From positions 1 to 37,092 of IMG/VR virus record IMGVR_UViG_3300008120_000330: a DNA stretch of 37,092 nucleotides. The stretch is one strand, 5' to 3'. Both the position numbers and the translations under genes were made by a program. The stretch is from a virus. Taxonomy: Duplodnaviria; Caudoviricetes. This document shows, piece after piece, positions 28,527-34,927 of this stretch (position 1 is its first letter; each line of letters opens with the position of its first letter). A model generated the notes under the pieces. The model was not told where the DNA came from and did not search any database. It saw only the letters and a list, made by a program, of their open reading frames with translations.

Positions 28527-29735
28527 GGCCACGCCTCGATGAGACATGAGCGGGTGAAGGTCAGGATAGGTGGCGATGTTGTCGCTAGCCCACGCACTGA
28601 ACTGCGTCCAGTCAAGCGCACGCTTCGACACTGCGTCGTTGGCCCTGATGTCACGGGTGTACTGCCACAACGCATGGCTGTACTGAATGATGCCCTTGAC
28701 AGTTGCGGGACGCAGGCTCGAGCGGAAGTAACGCAACTCGACGGTGTTGGCAGGCTGAATGTTCACCGCAACATAGCGGTCGTAGTTCGTCTGCTGACCC
28801 TTGGCCATTGCCACACGGTTATCGCCGTTCATGCGTCCGAACTTGGCATACGACGAGCGACGACCAGCGAATCGCTGAATCGCCTCGTAGTTGCGGTCGT
28901 GGAAAGTCATGAACTTGTACAGGTGTGAGCCAGATGAGAACGAGTTCTTGCTGATGTGAACATGGATACCGGTGTCGGTACGACTCCACGCACTCATGCC
29001 GTACTCGCTGAGTCGACGCAACTTCTCGAACGGGAACATCTCCAAGTGGACACGATAGTCCGCAGGGTGAGTCACGATTTCGAAGCCGTTGATGGAGCCG
29101 TCCTCTTTGAGAATGATGTAGTCATTCTCGATACCGTCGAGGAAGAACTCGGCCGCATCGTTGAGGTTGTCCTCGTCGTCGATGTTGGTCTCGACCTCGA
29201 TGCCGATGTACGGCATGTTGCGCACACGATGACGAGCGATGCCGTTCACCGTCCACGAACGGAAGGTGAGGTTGTCGACCGTGTGATGGTACGACTGAAT
29301 CAGATGAGAGCGATGCGACTGCGGATAACACTCTCCGTTGTCGCAGTAATACTCATCGGTCCTGTCGGAGTACAACAGGCTGTTGGTCGCCTGTCTGTAA
29401 TCGCAGTTGCCACACCGCGAAACATACTCGTCCATACACACACGACATGCGAGGTCGGACTCGTAGTCGTTGATGAGATTCGTCCACGACTCGGGGAAGT
29501 AGTCACCGCACAGTGAGCACGACTCCCCGCTGTCTTCGTGGAACCAGAGGTGAACACATCGTGAGACAACTGACTGTCCGCTGTCCACGATGTAACTAAT
29601 CTCACGGTGCCGCAAGAGGTGATGTGGAACCTCGATGCTCATCGCATCGTCACGAGGAATGTTCTCTCGTGTCTCGAAGCAGAGCACCATCTCTGGTGCC
29701 TCCTCCTCCGGTACAAAGTCTTCTGATGCTGTCAT
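28524..29735 (-). CDS. Putative amidoligase (COOH-NH2 ligase, Amidoligase_2-like) with N-terminal Cys-rich region
   Basis: IGIEVET, EDGSINGFEIVTHP, TGIHVHIS, RYVAVN and TVELRYF motifs; AAAGGA SD before the ATG at 29735. Confidence 0.88.
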   Translation of the reverse strand: MTASEDFVPEEEAPEMVLCFETRENIPRDDAMSIEVPHHLLRHREISYIVDSGQSVVSRCVHLWFHEDSGESCSLCGDYFPESWTNLINDYESDLACRVCMDEYVSRCGNCDYRQATNSLLYSDRTDEYYCDNGECYPQSHRSHLIQSYHHTVDNLTFRSWTVNGIARHRVRNMPYIGIEVETNIDDEDNLNDAAEFFLDGIENDYIILKEDGSINGFEIVTHPADYRVHLEMFPFEKLRRLSEYGMSAWSRTDTGIHVHISKNSFSSGSHLYKFMTFHDRNYEAIQRFAGRRSSYAKFGRMNGDNRVAMAKGQQTNYDRYVAVNIQPANTVELRYFRSSLRPATVKGIIQYSHALWQYTRDIRANDAVSKRALDWTQFSAWASDNIATYPDLHPLMSHRGVA

Positions 29736-29783
29736 GTATTTCCTTTGGTATTGCGTGTTCTCCACACGCAGACAACACACGAA

Positions 29784-29799
29784 TGATAGGAACCTATCA
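29784..29799. repeat. 16-bp palindrome (copy 2 of 4), capping a long leader hairpin
   Basis: Identical sequence, within the 115-nt intergenic region upstream of the amidoligase gene. Confidence 0.9.
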
Positions 29800-29850
29800 C
29801 TGATGTGCTCTCTGCGTGGGGCGAGACTCATCTCGCCACACGACAGGGTA

Positions 29851-30072
29851 CTAGAACAGTACCTCTTGGTTGCGGTCGGCTCGCCAACGAGCGAGCATGA
29901 CCCCATTCACACGGAAGTCACGCGCCTCGCAGAATCCGAGCAACGAATCGAGTTGTTCGGCAAACCGAATCGTGTCCTCCACATCGGTGGCGACACGAAC
30001 GATGAGCCACGAACCACACTCATCGTCAGATTCGACAGCGAGCGTGGTCACCTTCTCGTTGTATTCCCTCAT
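29851..30072 (-). CDS. Hypothetical early protein (MREYNEK...)
   Basis: GGAGG SD; ATGA coupling. Confidence 0.65.
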   Translation of the reverse strand: MREYNEKVTTLAVESDDECGSWLIVRVATDVEDTIRFAEQLDSLLGFCEARDFRVNGVMLARWRADRNQEVLF

Positions 30073-30269
30073 TGTTCCTCCTGTTCGTAGCGTTTGTTGA
30101 GCAACACGCGATGGCGGATTGCGTTGGTCAGCATCTCGTTGAGAATGAGTTGTCTGCCAACGACGGCGAGAAGACGAATCTGTTCCCACTTGTCTTCCGT
30201 TGTCCACCGCTCGTGGGCAACGAGGTTGAGTTCGTCAAACAACTCGTTCACTTTGCTCTCGTGGCTCAT
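30069..30269 (-). CDS. Hypothetical early protein (MSHESK...)
   Basis: ATGA coupling at both ends. Confidence 0.65.
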   Translation of the reverse strand: MSHESKVNELFDELNLVAHERWTTEDKWEQIRLLAVVGRQLILNEMLTNAIRHRVLLNKRYEQEEQ

Positions 30270-30433
30270 GCCCACAGCCCTGCCTTGTAGCCCTCGTAGA
30301 GGCCACCGATTTCGATGCGCTCATCGTGAAGACGCATCTCCGTGCGAATGTCGATTTCGTCCCAGTCCATGCTGTACAACGAATCGAAGTCGGGTTCCTC
30401 GTCGTGGCGAGGAATGTACTTGGACTTGTTCAT
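30266..30433 (-). CDS. Hypothetical acidic early protein (MNKSKYIP...)
   Basis: AAGGAG SD before the ATG at 30433. Confidence 0.65.
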   Translation of the reverse strand: MNKSKYIPRHDEEPDFDSLYSMDWDEIDIRTEMRLHDERIEIGGLYEGYKAGLWA

Positions 30434-30434
30434 T

Positions 30435-30557
30435 TCAGTTGTTCTCCTTGTTGTTGTGATTACGGACACGACAGACCACGCACTCGTCGTGGTCGGGAGT
30501 GTGCTCGAAAGCCCACTCGGTGATGAGAGGCACGCTCTCATTTGTGTCGTTGTTCAT
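30435..30557 (-). CDS. 40-aa small protein downstream of hammerhead 1
   Basis: GAAAGGG SD; MNNDTNESVPLITEWAFEHTPDHDECVVCRVRNHNNKENN. Confidence 0.6.
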   Translation of the reverse strand: MNNDTNESVPLITEWAFEHTPDHDECVVCRVRNHNNKENN

Positions 30558-30572
30558 GTGATTTCCCTTTCG

Positions 30573-30635
30573 GTACACCTGTCTCATCAGACACGGGCGG
30601 TGAACTCCGTGTGACGCACCGAAGTGCGTTTCGAC
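30573..30635 (-). ncRNA. Type II hammerhead ribozyme 1 (core 30581-30635 plus pseudoknot tail)
   Basis: - strand: GTC GAAAC GCAC-TTCG-GTGC GTC^ACACGG-AGTTCACCGC-CCGTGT CTGATGA GAC AGGTGTAC. Full catalytic core; predicted cleavage between 30613 and 30612. Confidence 0.93.
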
Positions 30636-30739
30636 TAACGCTTCATGTCCTGCGAAATTGACCACGACACACCGTTTGCGAAACCGCATTGGCAGGTGTA
30701 CAGCCAGCAGAGCGTTGTGATGTATTGACGGAAATCCAT
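30635..30739 (-). CDS. 34-aa small ORF between the two hammerheads
   Basis: GAAAGGA SD; MDFRQYITTLCWLYTCQCGFANGVSWSISQDMKR; its TAG overlaps the first base of hammerhead 1. Below the ORF-track cutoff. Confidence 0.6.
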   Translation of the reverse strand: MDFRQYITTLCWLYTCQCGFANGVSWSISQDMKR

Positions 30740-30752
30740 GTGATGTCCTTTC

Positions 30753-30814
30753 GTTGCGCCTGTCTCATCAGGTGCGGTAGGCGAACTCCGCACGACGCCT
30801 CACGGCGTTTCGAC
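30753..30814 (-). ncRNA. Type II hammerhead ribozyme 2 (core 30762-30814 plus pseudoknot tail)
   Basis: - strand: GTC GAAAC GCC-GTGA-GGC GTC^GTGCGG-AGTTCGCCTA-CCGCAC CTGATGA GAC AGGCGCAAC. Predicted cleavage between 30794 and 30793. Confidence 0.93.
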
Positions 30815-30817
30815 TCG

Positions 30818-30833
30818 TGATAGGAACCTATCA
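30818..30833. repeat. 16-bp palindrome (copy 3 of 4)
   Basis: Overlaps the stop of 30831-31238; 3 nt upstream of hammerhead 2. Confidence 0.9.
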
Positions 30834-31238
30834 CTTGTAGCCCATGGCACGCAGGACGATGTCCTGCTTGGCAGGGGCGAACTTCTTGTTCATCATGAAG
30901 ATGCGGACGAGGTCGATTTCGTCCTTGCTGAACTTGATGACCTGCTTCTTGCTCGGAGTCGCGTACGACTTCTTGGTCTCACGGGCGTGTTCGAGCGACT
31001 TGAACTCGTCGCAAGTGTGGCCCTGCTTGATGAGGAACATCAACTCCATCACATACTGGCGAATGGTGTTCATCTTCCAGTCCTGGCTGACCTTTGCCGA
31101 TGCGACAGCGTAGGGCTGAGCCTTGCCATCGAACTTGCTCAGGCATTCCTCAGCCGCACTCCACCAACCGGCGAGAGCGGCCTTATTGCCACGACGAATC
31201 GCACTCTCGTGCGTGGCGAAGTTTGTCTTGCTGTTCAT
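30831..31238 (-). CDS. First early gene, hypothetical (MNSKTNF...)
   Basis: AAGGAGG SD; phage-typical codon usage; basic protein. Confidence 0.75.
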   Translation of the reverse strand: MNSKTNFATHESAIRRGNKAALAGWWSAAEECLSKFDGKAQPYAVASAKVSQDWKMNTIRQYVMELMFLIKQGHTCDEFKSLEHARETKKSYATPSKKQVIKFSKDEIDLVRIFMMNKKFAPAKQDIVLRAMGYK

Positions 31239-31253
31239 TTCATTTCCTCCTTG

Positions 31254-31269
31254 TGATAGGAACCTATCA
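31254..31269. repeat. 16-bp palindrome (copy 4 of 4; here GTGATAGG-AA-CCTATCAC)
   Basis: Directly abuts the SD of the first early gene. Confidence 0.9.
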
Positions 31270-31486
31270 CGGTTGTGGTTGTGGTTGTTCGGATACGAGC
31301 GACCAACCGCAACGGGTCGAACCATTCAGCCCGCTGTGCGCTGTTCTCCTACCCTTGCTTCGCACGGTGTAAGTGCGGATACGGAACGCCCCTGGTCAGG
31401 GTGCTATTCGACCCCAATACGACGACAAGGGGGGCGCATGGGGGCCCACCGCCAGCCCACTAGACGGAGTCCCTCCGCGCAGAGCC

Positions 31487-31531
31487 GAATCCACAGATTT
31501 CTGGAGGTTGGGGATAGCCCCTGTGGATAAC
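31487..31531. promoter_or_regulatory. DnaA-box cluster in the main non-coding region
   Basis: Perfect TGTGGATAA at 31522-31530; 2-mismatch boxes TGGGGATAG (31509-31517) and GAATCCACA (31487-31495). Confidence 0.45.
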
Positions 31532-31797
31532 TAGTGGAAGCCAGCGGTGGCTAGTGGCGTTCTGTTCACTATGCAGGGCTTATATATAGCGATGGCGACA
31601 GAGTACGTTCCGCTGAATGGGTCGAATGTCGTCGCCAAATGGATGTAATGTTCGTCTTCTCCGACCACATAACCCGTGCTAAAGATATGTCTGTAGGGGT
31701 GTTTGGTGTTGAGGTCGTACCACTCGTCTTCAATGCTGAAGGAGTCCCACCATTCGATGATTTGAATGGGGGGTGTTTTGAACTCGGTTTGGCTCAT
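31531..31797 (-). CDS. Conserved phage hypothetical protein
   Basis: IEWWDS...STGYVVGE...LA motif; ATGA coupling. Confidence 0.7.
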   Translation of the reverse strand: MSQTEFKTPPIQIIEWWDSFSIEDEWYDLNTKHPYRHIFSTGYVVGEDEHYIHLATTFDPFSGTYSVAIAIYKPCIVNRTPLATAGFH

Positions 31798-32105
31798 GAG
31801 CCTTTGACCCATTTCTTTGACGGCGATGCCGTCTTGCTGGGCGACCATTTGACTTTGTCCGCCCAGTAGGCGGCGGACATGGGACCCTTGGAGATGTTCT
31901 TGGCGTGTCGGCTCTTGAAGGCTTCCCGCTGGCCGGCAGTCTGGTTGGTCCTGACCCCCTGTTGGCCGAACCTGATGGTCTTGACCTGGCCGCCTGACTT
32001 GGCGACTACGATGTGGGACTTTGTGGGGTGGCCAGGGGTGCGCTTGGGCTTGTTGTAGCCGCTGACGCCAGCCCTGGCGAGGCGAGGGTCCTTGCCGGCC
32101 GCCAT
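31794..32105 (-). CDS. Conserved basic phage protein
   Basis: GYNKPKRTP.HPTKSH.V.AK...IRFGQQG...FKSRH...SAAYWADKVKW motif, common in aquatic phages. Confidence 0.8.
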   Translation of the reverse strand: MAAGKDPRLARAGVSGYNKPKRTPGHPTKSHIVVAKSGGQVKTIRFGQQGVRTNQTAGQREAFKSRHAKNISKGPMSAAYWADKVKWSPSKTASPSKKWVKGS

Positions 32106-32106
32106 G

Positions 32107-32364
32107 TCAGACGTCCATGTTCTGTCGACGTACGCCCTTGCTCGCCTTCTTCTTGGCACCACCACGACGAATAGCGTCAGAGACAGTCTCGCGGCGGGTC
32201 ACGCCAGCGCCGGGATTTCCGACTGGCTTCTCCTTGCCGTAGCCCTCGTGGTACCGCTTGGACTCGCCCATCTTGACCTTCTTGCCAGTCTTGGCGGCTG
32301 CCTTCTTGGCAGCCTCCTTGCCCTTGGCCGTGTACGGGAACTTCTTTCCACCAACAGTGGGCAT
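32107..32364 (-). CDS. Small Lys/Ala-rich basic protein
   Basis: MPTVGGKKFPYTAKGKEAAKK motif; AAGGAG SD. Confidence 0.75.
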   Translation of the reverse strand: MPTVGGKKFPYTAKGKEAAKKAAAKTGKKVKMGESKRYHEGYGKEKPVGNPGAGVTRRETVSDAIRRGGAKKKASKGVRRQNMDV

Positions 32365-32493
32365 GTCCCTGCTCCTTCTTTGTCGTCGTTGTTTTTGCAG
32401 GGATACTGTATACGGCCAACCGCTGCGCTTTTGGCCGTATCACTGGTGGCCCCTAACCAAAGCGTTACGCGTTACATTGTGCGCTTGTGAAAG

Positions 32494-32518
32494 GTAACGA
32501 CGACACCCAGGGGTGATG
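32494..32518 (+). promoter_or_regulatory. Putative late promoter motif GTAACG-N16-ATG (copy 5)
   Basis: GTAACG at 32494-32499; ATG at 32516; start of the late arm. Confidence 0.65.
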
Positions 32519-32838
32519 GGACTCGAAGAAAACATCCTCGACAGCCGACAGGAGGAATACCTGGCTTGGCTGTGCACCGCTCCCTCGGAGCGGCAGCCAG
32601 CCTCCAAGGAGGCGTACGCGGCCTCCCTTGGCGTCAATGTGACCACCCTCCGCCGGTGGGAAAAGAAGGAAGTCTTCCGCAAGGCTTGGCAGGCGAGGGT
32701 AGACGAAGTCCAGGGGTCGCCTGAGCGAAGCCAGAGACTCCTGCGACAGCCGAACTGTCCGATGGCGAACTCGATGACTTGATTGCCGCAATGGCTCAGC
32801 GCGAGCGCGAGACGAGGACTCACCTCAAGGCAATGTAA
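32516..32838 (+). CDS. terS: Terminase small subunit (HTH); frame broken near 32742
   Basis: First late gene; HTH YAASLGVNVTTLRRWEK. The -1 frame continues AELSDGELDDLIAAMAQRERETRTHLKAM* to 32838; the in-frame stop is at 32782. Confidence 0.7.
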
Positions 32839-32840
32839 CG

Positions 32841-32981
32841 ATGGCCGATTTAGTTGAGTGTCCAAACTGCGGCGAGGAGTATCCGCCACACGCTTGCCGG
32901 TGGCGTTGTCCGTACTGTGGTTTGAAAGACTCATGTTGCGAGGGAGAGCCTCGCTTTAGACAAAGGGATGATGACGAATGA
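32841..32981 (+). CDS. 46-aa CPxCG zinc-ribbon microprotein
   Basis: MADLVECPNCGEEYPPHACRWRCPYCGLKDSCCEGEPRFRQRDDDE; ATGA-coupled to the next gene; not in the ORF track. Confidence 0.7.
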   Translation: MADLVECPNCGEEYPPHACRWRCPYCGLKDSCCEGEPRFRQRDDDE

Positions 32982-33340
32982 GCATTTCGAACTATCTTGA
33001 GAACGCACTGCTGGACACTTTGCGCAACCAGTCGTTGGCTGTTGCCAACGTGTACCTGAAGTTGCACACGGGTGACCCTGGTGAGGCTGGCACCTCTAAC
33101 GCCGCGACAGAGACGACCCGTCAGGCTGTAACTTTTAATGCGGCCAGCGGAGGCTCTATGGCCTCCAGCGCCGCTGTGACGTGGACGAATGTGAGCACGA
33201 CCGAAACCTATACGCATTGGTCGGCCTGGGATAACAGTACTGCTGGTAACTGCTTGTGGTCGGGCGCACTTAGCGCATCCGCTAGTGTGGCCGCTGGCGA
33301 CACTTTTCAGATTACTTCGCTGACGCTGACACTTGACTGA
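32978..33340 (+). CDS. Virion structural / tail-fibre-associated protein
   Basis: MSISNYLENALLD...LHTGDPGEAG...WDNSTAGNCL motif. Confidence 0.75.
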   Translation: MSISNYLENALLDTLRNQSLAVANVYLKLHTGDPGEAGTSNAATETTRQAVTFNAASGGSMASSAAVTWTNVSTTETYTHWSAWDNSTAGNCLWSGALSASASVAAGDTFQITSLTLTLD

Positions 33341-33352
33341 TAAGGAGCCTTA

Positions 33353-33973
33353 ATGGCTACGAATTTCCCGACGAGTCTTGACTCGTTGACAAATCCAGTT
33401 GCGGGTGACACGCTTAGTTCGCCGTCGCATGCTGGTCAGCATGCTGATGCGAACGATGCTATTGAGGCTCTCCAGGCTAAAGTTGGTGTCAATAACTCTG
33501 CTGTAACTACCACTATTGACTATAAGTTGCGGAACCTTGATTCTTCGACAATCACTAATGGCTCCTTAACGGCGGCTGTTGTTGACCAGTTGGAAGAGAA
33601 CTGGAATATTGTTGCCAGCGCGGCTACTGGCACAATTAACTTCGATGTTAAGACCGCCAGTATTTGGTATTACACGAGCAACGCCTCAGCGGACCATACG
33701 GTGAATGTGCGTGGCGACGGTTCCACCACCCTGTCCAGCCTGCTTGCGGTAGGTGACAGCATTACGGTCGTGTGGGCAAATACGAACGGTACGACTGCGT
33801 ATTGGCCCAGCACTTTCCAGGTGGATGGTTCGACTATCACACCCAAGTGGCAGGGTGGTACGGCTCCGACTGGCGGCAACGCGAGCGCGATTGATTTGTA
33901 TTCGTACACGATTGTCAAGACGGCGGCGACGCCAACTTATACGGTGTTTGCTTCTCAGACCCAGTTCAAGTAG
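33353..33973 (+). CDS. Tail fibre/spike protein
   Basis: MATNFPTSLD...HADANDAIEALQAKVG anchor region; PKWQGGTAP...IDLYSYTI C-terminal domain; AAGGAG SD. Confidence 0.75.
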   Translation: MATNFPTSLDSLTNPVAGDTLSSPSHAGQHADANDAIEALQAKVGVNNSAVTTTIDYKLRNLDSSTITNGSLTAAVVDQLEENWNIVASAATGTINFDVKTASIWYYTSNASADHTVNVRGDGSTTLSSLLAVGDSITVVWANTNGTTAYWPSTFQVDGSTITPKWQGGTAPTGGNASAIDLYSYTIVKTAATPTYTVFASQTQFK

Positions 33974-33982
33974 GAGTTTGAT

Positions 33983-34927
33983 ATGCCTAATCTTGGTACT
34001 AGGTCAAACGCTTCAGCGCGAGCATACGGTTTTGGTGGTGGAGCAAATAAAATTGTTGCCTCTGGTGGAACAGAAACAACTAGCGGTCTATACAAGATTC
34101 ACACATTCACTTCGTCTGGAACATTTACAGTTTCGGCAGCCCCCGGTGGAGCAACTGTTGACATTTTGTGTGTTGCGGGCGGCGGTGGTGGTGGCGGTTA
34201 TGTTAGTGCTGGTTATGTAAATGAATGCGCTGGCGGTGGCGGTGGTGGTTTTGTTACGACCTCAGGAACCAGTATTAGTGCTGGAACATATACTGTAACA
34301 GTTGGTGCGGGTGGTGCTACTAACGCCAGTGGCAGCGCCAGTTCTATTGGTTCTCTTGCCTCAAGCACTGGTGGCGGATATGGAGGCGCTACTCAATCCG
34401 TAGTAGGTGGTGTGGCGACCCCCACATCTGGTTCTGCAGGTGCTTCGGGTGGTTCTGGTGGTGGCGGAAGTGGTGGTTTGGGTACAGGTTATTCTGGTGG
34501 CGCGGGCGGCGCTGGAACTTCTGGTCAAGGAAATGCTGGCGGTTCAGGTGGAGCCGGTGGCTATACCGGTTCAGGAAAATTTGCTTCTCATACCACCGGG
34601 GGTGCTGGTGGCGGTGGGGGTGCAGGCGCGGCTGGAGGCAATGGTGGAGCCGCACCGGCTGGGTCGTATGCGGGACAAAGTGGGAATGGTGGAAATGGCG
34701 CAAGCAATTCCTACAGCGGTTCTTCCGTAACATACGCTGGTGGCGGTGGTGGTGGTGGTTCCATTGTTAGTGGTACAAATAATACTGGAAGTGGTGGTAC
34801 GGGCGGCGGCGGTGGTGCTGGTGGAAATGGTACCGCGAATACTGGCGGCGGCGGTGGTGGAATGCTTAACGCAGGCGCCCCAGGTTCTGGTGGTTCTGGA
34901 ATTATCATCGTAAGGTACCTCGCATAA
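33983..34927 (+). CDS. Glycine-rich tail/receptor-binding-associated protein
   Basis: IHTFTSSGTF, VAGGGGG, YAGGGGG, NTGGGGGG and GGSGIIIVRY glycine-rich domain signature. Confidence 0.85.
   Translation: MPNLGTRSNASARAYGFGGGANKIVASGGTETTSGLYKIHTFTSSGTFTVSAAPGGATVDILCVAGGGGGGGYVSAGYVNECAGGGGGGFVTTSGTSISAGTYTVTVGAGGATNASGSASSIGSLASSTGGGYGGATQSVVGGVATPTSGSAGASGGSGGGGSGGLGTGYSGGAGGAGTSGQGNAGGSGGAGGYTGSGKFASHTTGGAGGGGGAGAAGGNGGAAPAGSYAGQSGNGGNGASNSYSGSSVTYAGGGGGGGSIVSGTNNTGSGGTGGGGGAGGNGTANTGGGGGGMLNAGAPGSGGSGIIIVRYLA

Noticed and set aside
29736-29906. ORF-track N-terminal extensions of the amidoligase (to 29906) and of 30831-31325
   Set aside because: Strong SD sequences precede internal ATGs at 29735 and 31238; the extensions run through structured non-coding leaders.
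28511-31269. Repeated palindrome as a CRISPR array
   Set aside because: The repeat is only 16 bp, spacing is 0.4-1.3 kb and filled with genes, and there is no cas operon; the Cas4-like nuclease sits in the replication module.
31300-31345. GGTTCGACCC as part of a tRNA gene
   Set aside because: No acceptor stem, D arm or anticodon arm could be built around it.
32430-32465. TGGTTAGGGGCCA on the - strand resembles the start of a pistol ribozyme
   Set aside because: No downstream complementary CCCTAA pseudoknot strand or other pistol core elements were found.
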